Source: an uncultured virus (IMG/VR IMGVR_UViG_3300027861_000002)
Taxonomy: Duplodnaviria > Heunggongvirae > Uroviricota > Caudoviricetes > Schitoviridae
Direction: 5' to 3' (one strand)
Virus record (IMG/VR): IMGVR_UViG_3300027861_000002
Length of the DNA: 64,000 nt
The notes under the pieces are model-generated. The model saw nothing but the letters and a program-made list of their open reading frames with translations, was not told the origin of the DNA and made no database searches. Of this stretch, positions 38,201 to 48,376 are shown piece after piece. Made by a program: the position numbers and the translations under genes. Positions within the stretch are counted from its first letter, which is position 1. Each line of letters opens with the position of its first letter.

Positions 38201-41200
38201 TTATTTCTAAACACGTAATCAAACCTATCTTTAGCAGTTTTCTCCTCAACTAATTGATCTACATATATAGGTTGATTATTTGGATCCAAATTTAAGAATA
38301 TAAAGTGCTCATTACCTTCACCAAATACTTTAGATAAATGTTCAATAGATTTATCTCTTAATCTAGCAATCTTATGTACTATATTAGATTTGGTACTAGA
38401 GAGTAGTCCAGCCCTACTTATTGCATGACCAACTTCATGTGCATAGGTTTCTCTACCAGACATAGCAATAGGATTAGTACTTGTACCTTGAGTAAGAGCT
38501 ACATATATATTATCTCCAGCAATCCTACCTTTAGTCTTATTACCTAACTCGTCTAATTGTAATGTGAAATTACCTACACTGGGCATTAATTTAGCAGCAT
38601 ACTCTTCTAAGAAAACTCTCAAATATGCATCATGCTCTGCAGTTTCAGATATATTATCCTTAGCTTTAATTTCATCATAGGTTTGCGTTAATGTACCTGC
38701 ATTCAAAGCTACTTTAGGTAGGGACTCATCAATATCTATTTGTCCTGGAGTAGAGCCAAATTCAGCTGTAATATCATTAACCAAATCCTCAGGAGAAATA
38801 ACATTACCAGCACTATCTATTGGCTGTCCTTCTCTATTTACTCGTTGTGTTGGTTTAGCTTGTTGAGCAATAGATCCTTTAATATCATCTCCTGAGAGTA
38901 TGAACAGGGGATCAGCAAAATGCTGTATAGAAGTAGCTTGGTTAAGTATTTCTAATGTACCTTTTCTAGTTTCACTAGCGTAATGCTTAACAGCTTTATT
39001 TCTATTTTTAAGAAATTTATCTAATCCTGCATTACCACTACCTGCTTCTTCTATAGCTTCCTTGATATCTAGTCTAGCTTGCTCAGGAGCACTTACAGAT
39101 TCATTATATGGATCTGCATCCTGTTTAGATATAACTTCCTTAGGAAAATCAGTTAAGTATTTTCTAAGAGAAGCTTTATCAGCGGCAGATAATTTGAGAG
39201 CATTCTTAACACTTCTATCCAATGTATTGGATACTTCTTGAGCAATAGAGTATTCAGAATTAACTTTAACAAAATTCTGTAGATAATCAGCAGTAGCTGC
39301 TTCAATTAGATTTGATCCAGCTTGTACTGCATCAAACATAGACATCACAGGTTTGCTACCAAATACTCTTGTAATAAAGGCTGAATCCATACCTTGGGTA
39401 CCCCCTACTAAAGTAGCAACTCCAGGTTCAGTAAATATTTGTTTATGTATCTGGGATGTAGCTGTACCCCCAGGTACAGTATTAAAAAATGCAATAGCTG
39501 TATATGCTGGATCATTTTCAGTATTAACTACTTTCTTAGTCTTAGAAGCAAATAAACCTTCTACACGTCCTTCATCTAGATTTGAATTAGAATCATAGAA
39601 CTCAATGATAGGTAGAAATGCTCTATATTCCTTAGACTCTAGGAAGTCTCTCATCTGTTTTACCGTAGGAATACCTTTAGATTCATTGATGAATTTTAGA
39701 TATCTCCAGTTAAACATATGAGATATAAGATTAATGTTACTATTCATCATTTCTTTAAAAACCTTAGTATCTTCTAAGTATTTCTTAAGACTAGATTGAA
39801 CAGTGATACCATAAGACTTACTTAAATGAGTGTGCATCATTTTACGCACATCTTCAGGTAACTTTGTTTGTTTGATATTGAAACCAGTTTCTAATGTTTT
39901 AACAGGTCTGTTATTACCTATATTATGCTCCTTAATAATTTTATTGATAATGCTTTGGGTAGGTGAATCTTCACCTCCAACTTCTTCAGCTAGTTTACTT
40001 TCAATATCCGTAACCAAAGCAGTAATAATAGTATCAACAGCTTTAGCTATAGCAGCACCATAGTTAGTAGTCATGGTTGGTGATTTAGCTATCTCCCTAG
40101 CTTCTCTAGTTATCTTACCTGTTAGATCCTTAAATTCAGGTACAAAATTGTTGTATGTAGTCATAAATTCAAATGGTTTAACTAAATCATTATTAAATTC
40201 AAAATTTTCACCTTTAAGCTCTGTATAAATCCGTTTAACCATATTGGTTAAATCAACTTTAATAGCCTTAAATCCTTTACTATCTCCATTTCTTAAAGCT
40301 TCATTCATGTATTCTGCTAAAGAACTTAGTTCAGTAATATCGTTTGCAGCAGCACCAATAACTTGTCCATAGTTATCTAAATTACCTGGTTTTGAACTCC
40401 AAGTAGATAAGTTCTCACCTTCTGTAAAGAAAACTCCACCAGCCTCCAATTTAGCCTTTGTAGATTCTGTTAATACACCAGCTTGGATTAATCCAATAAT
40501 AACTCCAGAAGTTACAGCATCATTCTCTTGTGAAATAGATGTAGTTACCTTACCACCAGTTTTAGCTTTAAAATAATCAACCAATTCAAGAAGAGTATCC
40601 AAAGAGTGGGACTTCTCTTCATTATTTGTGAATTTACCTATCTTAGCAAAATCAGACATAGTAGAGTCTTTATTAGTTAATTTATTAACAAGTTCCTCAA
40701 CACCTTTATCTGACATAAATTCATCAAACATTTGATTAATTACTGCAGGATCATAATTAAGTTTAACCGTACCATCTTTTTGGATCTTAGCAGATTTAAT
40801 AGCATTAACTTTCTTCTCTAAGTTTTGCCCCAATCCTTGCATAACAGCAAGTTTATATCTAATTTCTGCATGAGAATTATCACCTTTCTTAAATGTACTT
40901 AACCAATCACTATTAAATATAGAATGTCTCTGTAGCTTATTAGCTTGATAATTAAATCCACTTCCTTGGATCATTATTCTACTGTTAGTAATAGCCATAT
41001 ATTTGAAGAAAAATTCAGAATCTAATCCCCTCTCTTTAACCATGTCATAGAAGGTAAAAAGATTTTCTATTTCAGTTAGGATACCTAAATTTGCACCTTC
41101 ATAAGACTTACGATGCTCTAAAGGTTTATCTTCAATAGAGTACTCATATCCAAGATTAATTTTAAATAACTCAATTAATTTATTTCTACTGTGGGTTTCT

Positions 41201-44200
41201 AATAAATTAATAAAAGCTTTCTTGAATCTAAAAGGAACATTGTTAGCATATTGAACACTCTTTTGAATTCCTACAGGTAAAGAGTTACCATTTTTAAAGA
41301 ATTTAGGGGCAGGAAATTGCTTATCTGAATCATCTTTAAATCTAGGAAATACTGGACTACTAGGTTTATCAGTTAAAGATCCAATAACATTGGACATAGT
41401 ATCTGACTTATTCCTTGAGTCTTTCTCAGTTTTAAATATATGCTCTAATTTATTAGATGTAGCAGGTAATTCAAGTATACCTCCATTTTCTACAGATGCT
41501 CTCTGTTTAAATTCAGCTGTAGTAGTATTAAAAGTGTATTTCTGACCTTTCTTAGTTTGTGCTGCTACTTGTACAAGATCGGGTGAACTCATACGAACAT
41601 ATATAGTATATGGTTCACTAGTTGGCCTATCAAAAGCAAAAGCAGGTATAGCTGTTTCTACAACTAATTTCTGTTTACCTAGGATATACAGAGCATATTG
41701 ACCCAGATTTGTTGCCATCTTGTTATCAAAGTTAGAATCTGAGCTATCAACTGCAGTAATACCAACTTCTCTAAGAATAGCTTTACCCAATTCTAAAGCG
41801 AGAGTAGTCCTAGGAACCCCAGCATAACCAAATATATTATATTGATCACTAGTAGGACTATCTTTAGTATCTGCACCTCTAGCCCTATTTACTGTTTCCT
41901 TGGTTGCAGATAAAGTAGTTTTACCCTGTGTAGTTAACCAATTCATAGAAGTAGTAGCCATAGCACTTAGGATATTACGATCCATATAACCTGACTCTAC
42001 ACCACCTACATTTAACTTCTTGAAAAGTAATTGAACTGGATCTAACCTAATACTTTCTTCAGGAGTAATAAATTGATTTGTACCTAGAGAAGTATTTATA
42101 ACTGGACGCATAAACTTCTCAAATTCTGAATATTTCTTTGTTTTACCCTGCTTATCTGTATAGGTACTTTCTCTCCTAGCAGTAGCAACAAATTTCTTTT
42201 CAAAAGTTATTAAACTTTTAATTAACTCTTTCTGAGTAGCACTTGGATCTTTAAATATTTGTAAAGGATTCTTACCTAATTCTACAAATAAATTCTGCAC
42301 TGTAGAAAGTAAGCTTTTACTTGAAGCTACATTATCTATAAACTCAACAGCAATCTCATTACCTTCATCATCCTTTATAATCTTAAAATCAGGTTTAGTC
42401 TTCTTAGCTGGTTTAAAGAAATTAGCTAACTTCTTGGTATATGCAGGGAAGGTAGGTCTACGATCCTTAAATTTAAATATGTTTAAATGATTACTAACCT
42501 TACCCCATTTACCAAAATCTTCCTCCTGATTAACCAAAATATCTGATAGGTTATAAGTAACCTCACCATCTTTAGTTTTAACCTTCTTATTGGTTAATGC
42601 AACAATACCTTCTTCATTTCGATCCAATAAAGTAAGCTTGTCATAGTCTCTAATTACATGAGTATCATCTGAAGTAGGTATAATTTCAGTTGTTGTGCTA
42701 GCAGTCTTCTTATCTTTAAAGTTTGGATCATCTCTAGGATCAACTTCTTCAGATGTCTTCCCTTTAAGTTCTACTTTCTTAGAGGCAGTATGCTTAGGAA
42801 CTTCTTGTTTAAATACCGCAGAATCAAATACAGCTTTACCCTGTTTAGTGAAATCAATATCTTCTTGTTTAACAGGGACATTATCTGAATGTAAACCAAC
42901 ACCTTTATTTATTACTACCAATTTAGATGTTGCTCTTGTATACGCAACATACAGAGCATTATATAATGTTTTAAGAGGAATACTTCCTGTTCTTTCTTGC
43001 TCATTGCTAACAATATTATCTTCCATAACATACACATTTCTATAGGAGGATCCCTGAGATTTATGTGTATTGATTGAATAAGCAAATTGAACATGAGGAA
43101 CATTACCTTCCATCAATCTAACTAGTGGAGTTAAATTAGCTGCTTTAGCCTTACTTACCCTATCATTCCTATTTGCATTTCTTTGAATAAATTGTTGGAT
43201 CCTAGAAATATTACCGAGTAACTCATTAATAGGGTGTGTTGATTGTGGAGATGGTAAATAACTAGTTGTTTCTGTTTCAGAGATTAAGTTACGCATACTT
43301 ACTTCATAAAACTTAATTGGTTTACCTGCTAAATTGGCGTTCTCACCAGAAAATATAGCTTCTTTAATCTCTGCAAAAGTACGTTTAGCATTTGTTTTAA
43401 ACTTGTCATCAGTAGCTGCTACCTGTATGGCAATGTACGCATCAAAAAATTCACCAACATTCTTTGCAGAAGCAACGCCAGTAACTTTACTCGAATCTAC
43501 TAGTGTAGGTTTAGAAGTTACCTTATACTCAAAAGAATTTCCAAGACCATCTACTTTAAGTAAACCTGTCTCTACATCAACGTCATCTGTCTCTTTATTA
43601 GTGCTATAAGAAATTAGAGCATCATTCTCAACATATGCATCAATTTCTTCACTATCAGCACCATATATTGTCTTTCTGACTATTCTATTTAAGTTAGCAA
43701 CAGAAGTATCTATACTGAATTTACGCTCATTATTATAAGTAAGTATTCTAGTTGATTCAGGATTCTCTTTGAAATCAGATATAAATTGATCCAATGCACT
43801 ATCAGAACCTTTACCTAAGAATTGTACACCAGCATTCTTCTTTGGAGCAAAAACATTGAACCTATCACTAACCTTGAGTAGTAGTTTACCTGCTTTTTCT
43901 TTAAGGAAAGCCCCTGCACCTTCAGCATGGAATTCATCTAATACACTAACAAATGCATCACCAATAGGTGTAATAGGTGATCCAGTATTCTGACGCACTC
44001 TAACAACTAACTCTGCTGAATGATCATACCCTTTTTCAAAAATAACTGAGTCTTTATTTTTGACCTCAACATTTGAATTATCATCTCTTACAGGTGCAAA
44101 CTGATTAGGGTCACCAATATATAACTTCTTAATATGACCTAATTTAGGGTTATTTAAAGCCTGAACTACAGCTTCATCAGCCATAGATACTTCATCAATA

Positions 44201-47200
44201 ATTAGAAGCTTAACTCCATCCATTTTGTCTTCATCAATTTCAAACTTACCAGGAGATTTCATCCCTAAAAATGAATGAATAGTTCCTGCAGTTTTACCTG
44301 CACCAAGAGAAGATGTTAATACTGCTGAAGCTTTATGTGAAAGAGCTGTATAAGATATTTGATTTGATTTGATCTTTTTATCATTTAATAATTTATCAAC
44401 AAATTGATTAACTATAGTAGTTTTACCCGTACCTCCCCCACCAGTAAGTAAAAACTCTTTACTATGTCTATCATTGTAAAATTCAAGCATCTTATCAATA
44501 GCTTCTTCCTGTTGGGTATTAGCAAATGCTCCAGGAAATAGCTCGTACTTAGTACCAATGACAGGAACTAATGGATCTCTCTTCTTAACTTCATCTAAGA
44601 GAGTTTCACCTGTAACTTCAGAACTACTTATGCCTTCTTCTCCAAAGTTACCCTCAGTATTGTTAGAGAATGATCCAGTATCTATATCACTTGATCCAAG
44701 AAAAGATTCTTCTTCTACTGGAGGAGGTGCATTACCTAAGTCAATGTCTTGTTCAGGAGTAGCTGTAGAAGCCCCATTTTGGGCCTCTAACTGACTTTCT
44801 CTTGCATCAGGATTAACTTCATCTGTTTGAATAGGGGCTTGCCTATTTAAACCAAATTTAAGTAATTCAGTACGAAAAGATTCATCACCAGTTTCACTTG
44901 CATGTCTACTAGCCAATATCTGATTAGCTTCATTTACTGCTATAGCATTATCTGTAGATTGTTTAATAAGAGTATCAAACGATTTACCTATTGCAGTATC
45001 AAAAGTAGTACCTAACCATTTAAATGATTTAACCTTACCGTCTTCAAATTTAACTTCTTCAATTGGATCACTATTATTCGTAGTACCTTTCAAACCATCA
45101 TTAAGGGTATTGATATGTTTGAGGAAATCCTTTGGATTAACTTTACCATAACGACCTTGGTTGTAACTTTTGATTATGTTGAATACTTGAGACTTACCAA
45201 CCATTTTTTGAGTAAATGTCTTTAGATTACCAAGTACTTCTTTAGCCTGTTTTATATTCTTATCGTTAATAGCCTTTTCATATTGCTTACGATAAGTATT
45301 GATACCTATAAATTTACTGTCTTTGTTCCTAGTACCTTCAAAGACTTGTTTGGTTACTTCGTTGGATCCACTAACCTTCTTCAATTTAGCATAGGTAACT
45401 AATTTATTAATCTGTGCTTTAGTAAACTCACCTGAATCAATTAAATCTTGTATAGCATCTGCAGGAATATCATCAGATTCATCTATATTCTTCATAACTA
45501 AAGATTTAGAAGCATTCTCATTGAATTCTTTAGCAGTAGTAGCAGGATTAATAATTCCAGCAATAGCTGTAGCCAAATTCTTCTTAAGTTCAGGAGTACC
45601 TGTCTCAGGATTAAGAGCACTACGAATTAATTCAGCAGATCTTTTAAGAATATCTACTTGTTCAATAAAATCAGCCCTATTACTTGGGGTTATCTTCTTT
45701 GATTCTCTAGCTTTAATCATAGAGTCTGATACTTGTATTATCTTCTCTAATTGATCTAATTTCTCTTGAGAAACTGTTGATACTCCTTCACCTAAATCAG
45801 ATATATGTTGGATAGTTTTCTTAAGATTATCTAATTCTGCATCACCAGTTGAAGTCTGAGTACCCTTAATTGAATCTTTCAATTCAGTACCAGCTTTAAC
45901 CACTGTATCCTTAGACTTTTCTAATTTAGTTTTTAATTCGGCTATCTGAGCATCTAATGCAGCTTTCTTTCCATCTTTAGTAATGAAATCCTTAGTAACC
46001 TTAGCACCTTTAAGTAATCCTTTGGCACTAGCAAGTCCAATTTTACCTGTGATCTCTCCTGACTTAACAATACCCTTTAATAGAGCCTTAGCATTCTTTG
46101 TAGTGATAGCTTTCTTAGCAACTTCTTTTGTAACTGCACCAGCAACATTAATAGGGGTTCTAGCAGTACCACCAACAGAACCAGTTCCAGCACCTAAAGC
46201 ACCAGCAGTAGCTAATCTCTTCTTAGCCTCTTCAGTTGTTAAGTCTGAAAACTTCTGATTATTGGCTCCCAATATTTCAGTAGATTCTTGAATAGATTCT
46301 TGAATACTTTCAGAAATTCCTTTCTCTAAGAAACCTCCTGCAGGTCTAACTCCAGGAACCTTGGCTAATTTACCCACAGGAGCTAATCTAGAGCCCTCTG
46401 ACGTGAGTTTCTTAGCAAGGTCTTGCAAAGGCTTAGATTCACCTAAAAGAATCTTAGAAGATACCTTATCTGTGAGTACATTGACTGCAGATAAATAACC
46501 AATATTCTCCGATTCACTCGGATTAGGTAATCTCTGGTGTTTACTAGTAAATTCTTCAGTAATATCATTCTGTGCTTGATTATATAGAGCAATTACATAT
46601 GTAGCCCCTTTAACCCCAGATTCAGCAAGAGCTTTCATAGTACCCAATGATTTAAAGAATTCTTCTACTAATTGTACTGGCTCACTTAGAACTGCTTTAC
46701 CAAGCTTCTGTGTAGTATCCAATACACCTTCACCAGAATCAAAAGCTTTACCTACAGATTCATGTAATTCTTGTGATCCAGTTGTATTATAGAAAGGAGC
46801 AATCTCTCCTACAACGAAATCACCTAATTGGTCCGCAAATTGAGTAGCAGGTCTAGTTACTGGGTTATTTAATGCATTACCAATAAGGGGGGATATACCA
46901 CCTTGTAGTGGCTCCTCTTGAGCTATATTTGTAGCAGTTAACTTATCCCTAACATTCTTAGCTAGAATCTTTCTTTCTTGCACTGATAGGTTATTTTGAT
47001 TATCAATCAAATACTGTTCTTCAGGGGAAGAAATCCTATTAATATTAGGATTATTCTTAATAATATTCTCAGGAGCAGATGCAACAAAGTTACCCAACTC
47101 ACCAATACCTAAAGCAGTACCCCCTAGGATATTAAGAGCTTTACCTAAAGGATTATTCTGTGAGAACTCATCAGACAAGATTGCATTAGAGTCACTGAAT

Positions 47201-47346
47201 TTAGCTATACCTTGAGATATATTACTATTTGGTAATGGAGGAGCAATTAAACCAAAATCGAGTTTCTTATTGGAAATAGCATTAGCAACAGACTCAACTT
47301 TACTATCCAACTTAGCTTTAGGAAAATTGAATTCAAAATTTGGCAT
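35272..47346 (-). CDS. Virion-encapsidated RNA polymerase (N4 gp50-like) with an internal SF1B helicase domain
   Basis: 4024 aa, apparently Cys-free as expected for N4 vRNAP. Motif A ENDAVTSG, motif B REIAKSPTMTTNYG, motif C MFDAV. Helicase motifs at about aa 940-1480. Confidence 0.92.
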   Translation of the reverse strand: MPNFEFNFPKAKLDSKVESVANAISNKKLDFGLIAPPLPNSNISQGIAKFSDSNAILSDEFSQNNPLGKALNILGGTALGIGELGNFVASAPENIIKNNPNINRISSPEEQYLIDNQNNLSVQERKILAKNVRDKLTATNIAQEEPLQGGISPLIGNALNNPVTRPATQFADQLGDFVVGEIAPFYNTTGSQELHESVGKAFDSGEGVLDTTQKLGKAVLSEPVQLVEEFFKSLGTMKALAESGVKGATYVIALYNQAQNDITEEFTSKHQRLPNPSESENIGYLSAVNVLTDKVSSKILLGESKPLQDLAKKLTSEGSRLAPVGKLAKVPGVRPAGGFLEKGISESIQESIQESTEILGANNQKFSDLTTEEAKKRLATAGALGAGTGSVGGTARTPINVAGAVTKEVAKKAITTKNAKALLKGIVKSGEITGKIGLASAKGLLKGAKVTKDFITKDGKKAALDAQIAELKTKLEKSKDTVVKAGTELKDSIKGTQTSTGDAELDNLKKTIQHISDLGEGVSTVSQEKLDQLEKIIQVSDSMIKARESKKITPSNRADFIEQVDILKRSAELIRSALNPETGTPELKKNLATAIAGIINPATTAKEFNENASKSLVMKNIDESDDIPADAIQDLIDSGEFTKAQINKLVTYAKLKKVSGSNEVTKQVFEGTRNKDSKFIGINTYRKQYEKAINDKNIKQAKEVLGNLKTFTQKMVGKSQVFNIIKSYNQGRYGKVNPKDFLKHINTLNDGLKGTTNNSDPIEEVKFEDGKVKSFKWLGTTFDTAIGKSFDTLIKQSTDNAIAVNEANQILASRHASETGDESFRTELLKFGLNRQAPIQTDEVNPDARESQLEAQNGASTATPEQDIDLGNAPPPVEEESFLGSSDIDTGSFSNNTEGNFGEEGISSSEVTGETLLDEVKKRDPLVPVIGTKYELFPGAFANTQQEEAIDKMLEFYNDRHSKEFLLTGGGGTGKTTIVNQFVDKLLNDKKIKSNQISYTALSHKASAVLTSSLGAGKTAGTIHSFLGMKSPGKFEIDEDKMDGVKLLIIDEVSMADEAVVQALNNPKLGHIKKLYIGDPNQFAPVRDDNSNVEVKNKDSVIFEKGYDHSAELVVRVRQNTGSPITPIGDAFVSVLDEFHAEGAGAFLKEKAGKLLLKVSDRFNVFAPKKNAGVQFLGKGSDSALDQFISDFKENPESTRILTYNNERKFSIDTSVANLNRIVRKTIYGADSEEIDAYVENDALISYSTNKETDDVDVETGLLKVDGLGNSFEYKVTSKPTLVDSSKVTGVASAKNVGEFFDAYIAIQVAATDDKFKTNAKRTFAEIKEAIFSGENANLAGKPIKFYEVSMRNLISETETTSYLPSPQSTHPINELLGNISRIQQFIQRNANRNDRVSKAKAANLTPLVRLMEGNVPHVQFAYSINTHKSQGSSYRNVYVMEDNIVSNEQERTGSIPLKTLYNALYVAYTRATSKLVVINKGVGLHSDNVPVKQEDIDFTKQGKAVFDSAVFKQEVPKHTASKKVELKGKTSEEVDPRDDPNFKDKKTASTTTEIIPTSDDTHVIRDYDKLTLLDRNEEGIVALTNKKVKTKDGEVTYNLSDILVNQEEDFGKWGKVSNHLNIFKFKDRRPTFPAYTKKLANFFKPAKKTKPDFKIIKDDEGNEIAVEFIDNVASSKSLLSTVQNLFVELGKNPLQIFKDPSATQKELIKSLITFEKKFVATARRESTYTDKQGKTKKYSEFEKFMRPVINTSLGTNQFITPEESIRLDPVQLLFKKLNVGGVESGYMDRNILSAMATTSMNWLTTQGKTTLSATKETVNRARGADTKDSPTSDQYNIFGYAGVPRTTLALELGKAILREVGITAVDSSDSNFDNKMATNLGQYALYILGKQKLVVETAIPAFAFDRPTSEPYTIYVRMSSPDLVQVAAQTKKGQKYTFNTTTAEFKQRASVENGGILELPATSNKLEHIFKTEKDSRNKSDTMSNVIGSLTDKPSSPVFPRFKDDSDKQFPAPKFFKNGNSLPVGIQKSVQYANNVPFRFKKAFINLLETHSRNKLIELFKINLGYEYSIEDKPLEHRKSYEGANLGILTEIENLFTFYDMVKERGLDSEFFFKYMAITNSRIMIQGSGFNYQANKLQRHSIFNSDWLSTFKKGDNSHAEIRYKLAVMQGLGQNLEKKVNAIKSAKIQKDGTVKLNYDPAVINQMFDEFMSDKGVEELVNKLTNKDSTMSDFAKIGKFTNNEEKSHSLDTLLELVDYFKAKTGGKVTTSISQENDAVTSGVIIGLIQAGVLTESTKAKLEAGGVFFTEGENLSTWSSKPGNLDNYGQVIGAAANDITELSSLAEYMNEALRNGDSKGFKAIKVDLTNMVKRIYTELKGENFEFNNDLVKPFEFMTTYNNFVPEFKDLTGKITREAREIAKSPTMTTNYGAAIAKAVDTIITALVTDIESKLAEEVGGEDSPTQSIINKIIKEHNIGNNRPVKTLETGFNIKQTKLPEDVRKMMHTHLSKSYGITVQSSLKKYLEDTKVFKEMMNSNINLISHMFNWRYLKFINESKGIPTVKQMRDFLESKEYRAFLPIIEFYDSNSNLDEGRVEGLFASKTKKVVNTENDPAYTAIAFFNTVPGGTATSQIHKQIFTEPGVATLVGGTQGMDSAFITRVFGSKPVMSMFDAVQAGSNLIEAATADYLQNFVKVNSEYSIAQEVSNTLDRSVKNALKLSAADKASLRKYLTDFPKEVISKQDADPYNESVSAPEQARLDIKEAIEEAGSGNAGLDKFLKNRNKAVKHYASETRKGTLEILNQATSIQHFADPLFILSGDDIKGSIAQQAKPTQRVNREGQPIDSAGNVISPEDLVNDITAEFGSTPGQIDIDESLPKVALNAGTLTQTYDEIKAKDNISETAEHDAYLRVFLEEYAAKLMPSVGNFTLQLDELGNKTKGRIAGDNIYVALTQGTSTNPIAMSGRETYAHEVGHAISRAGLLSSTKSNIVHKIARLRDKSIEHLSKVFGEGNEHFIFLNLDPNNQPIYVDQLVEEKTAKDRFDYVFRNKKTQAIQLMDLNTGTIKTEQVPISLHEFVAYGLTNKHLIKHLASFRPNLLKDSKKQSFAATLQHYFNIAVNALLLRFNRGHTGDVVLLNLVKDLNKIQKTHMSTQFLINGLNAGNKVISKVATKLIGEPLANFSLKVHKNKYVNTASLVAGVVNPITTSAYLNAFNNMAAKMGVSRRKFLAATIKEVIGFGDKEEIPIVEHLARSMSVIDKTRDTVRHVVSNDLKDSMLTENVSDNTWEALTQGLIRNDASALFRKHYNLKDLRDLIDDPSKVGDEIKDTLIQLRKLGSKDLYNLYRKQSNSLAHLNVFGKANWYNTMLNPTSIAILPHTIPQLGITAPKNMDLAIELINKLTSLYGIQLTNPTVNKQVVDLIDSEVAINPKQNGFTFLVDMHNAFKKESLTKNFDNKIAHTHKGYAAKLNDPFVDTRVVDEVDVEQLLKEGYVIESSLPENKIRVNSKPKVLMVNKDYALNTRVKTITSLTSEVSMGQSMLQEGNANDVATFLKNINDFNKTKMKTIREMKRTLNSNTTIQDNIMVPTIDDKGHISDYRNTISNSVEKRLFKRDDRAFNVLGHMYSHMEDKANTKGFNRETIDILKADFDKNYLKLPQSYVTINKDSTDPELAEIYRLMPEDMRRYATSVFGDGGIVVRDAWVDIFFAYRKFSVVDKPRNKIQSMLKKAETIWQEIVKFAKTTIVVRLPQVIMNNIFSNTIVGIINGVPPEIMAKLQIEGIRHLDRWLNIERQLVSDAKKLQLAGITTIQRKDIEARIVSNKELQRLNPIKPLIDKGLFPTIVEDIDTTEDFHSNKSKFIRWADPVLNKLPQLGKEATNQLYMGANTSTFKLALKLTQYSDFIARFAIYEHLVKNQKQPANQVVSHLREDFINYALPTHKYIQYANDMGLAPFTRYPLRIFKVLARMTTEKSASVFLLHMLEAMLGLDISTPFDSNIVTEPTAPFQNPFGLGETAAVPAVVQVLT

Positions 47347-47355
47347 AGTAATCCT

Positions 47356-48366
47356 TTACTTATTAAAAACAGAACCAGTCTTTTGCTTGTAATTTTGAAT
47401 AATTTTCTCAAAATCAGATACAGTAAACTCATTACCAGATAGAGTATTTTCTTCTGTAGCGGTTAATAGAGCCGTATCTAATACATGCTCAGGAATACCT
47501 TGTTTTCTATATTTCTGAACAGTATCTCTAGCTTTATTCAAATCACCAAAACCTAGATTAAAATTAAAACTATTTTTTAATCTAGTATTAACAGCATCTG
47601 CTGTAACTTTAAATTTCTCTAAAGCTGTCTGCTTTCTAACTGCCTTGCCAATAGTATACTCATCTACTGTTTGACCAGATAACTTTCTATTAGCCAATTC
47701 ACGTATATTACGAATTTGATCAGCTTTTAACCCAGAACCATATTTAGCTATAAAACTATCAAAATCTTGCTTACTTTGTTTAGGATTAGTTACTTCAGTT
47801 CCCTCAATAGCTGATAACAAATTCTGATAAGTAATATCAGTTTGAGCAGTGGCAGCTTCCCTATTAGAAGAAATAGCTTTATCAAGAATACCTCTATATA
47901 TATTCTGATCTGTGAAAGCATCATTAGTAGGTGCAGCTTTCTTTATTGCTAGAATTTCTTCATTGGTTTTACCAGCAAGACTATTACCTAGTGCGTTAGC
48001 AGCAACAGTATTCTGTTGTTGGTTTCTCAATTGACCTAATTGGAAGTCTTGAGTAATTTTATTATTAATACCAACTCCCTTAGCTTTAAAAGCAGCATCC
48101 AATGAAGCAATATCTTGTGGTTTAAGAAAACCTAAATTTTGTGCTTGATATGCTTCTTGAGCAGCAGCTAACTCTGCTTGAGTTCCTGCTTGGTTAAATT
48201 CATTCTTTAAACTCTGTACAGCATCAGCTCTTCTATTCTGACCATAGTCAGAGAGTAGCTTACCTAGAGTAGAATATGGATTACTAGCTGCTTGGCTAGC
48301 AGCAAGATCTGATCTAGTTGTATCTCCAAAGTTAGCAGTTACAGGAGTAAATCTTAATTGAGGCAT
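47356..48366 (-). CDS. Putative internal virion/ejection protein (N4 gp51 position)
   Basis: Ala/Gln-rich 336 aa directly upstream of vRNAP. Confidence 0.6.
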   Translation of the reverse strand: MPQLRFTPVTANFGDTTRSDLAASQAASNPYSTLGKLLSDYGQNRRADAVQSLKNEFNQAGTQAELAAAQEAYQAQNLGFLKPQDIASLDAAFKAKGVGINNKITQDFQLGQLRNQQQNTVAANALGNSLAGKTNEEILAIKKAAPTNDAFTDQNIYRGILDKAISSNREAATAQTDITYQNLLSAIEGTEVTNPKQSKQDFDSFIAKYGSGLKADQIRNIRELANRKLSGQTVDEYTIGKAVRKQTALEKFKVTADAVNTRLKNSFNFNLGFGDLNKARDTVQKYRKQGIPEHVLDTALLTATEENTLSGNEFTVSDFEKIIQNYKQKTGSVFNK

Positions 48367-48376
48367 AGTCTTATCC

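Noticed and set aside
36176..46258. Multiple short + strand ORFs inside vRNAP
   Set aside because: Antisense artefacts of codon bias.
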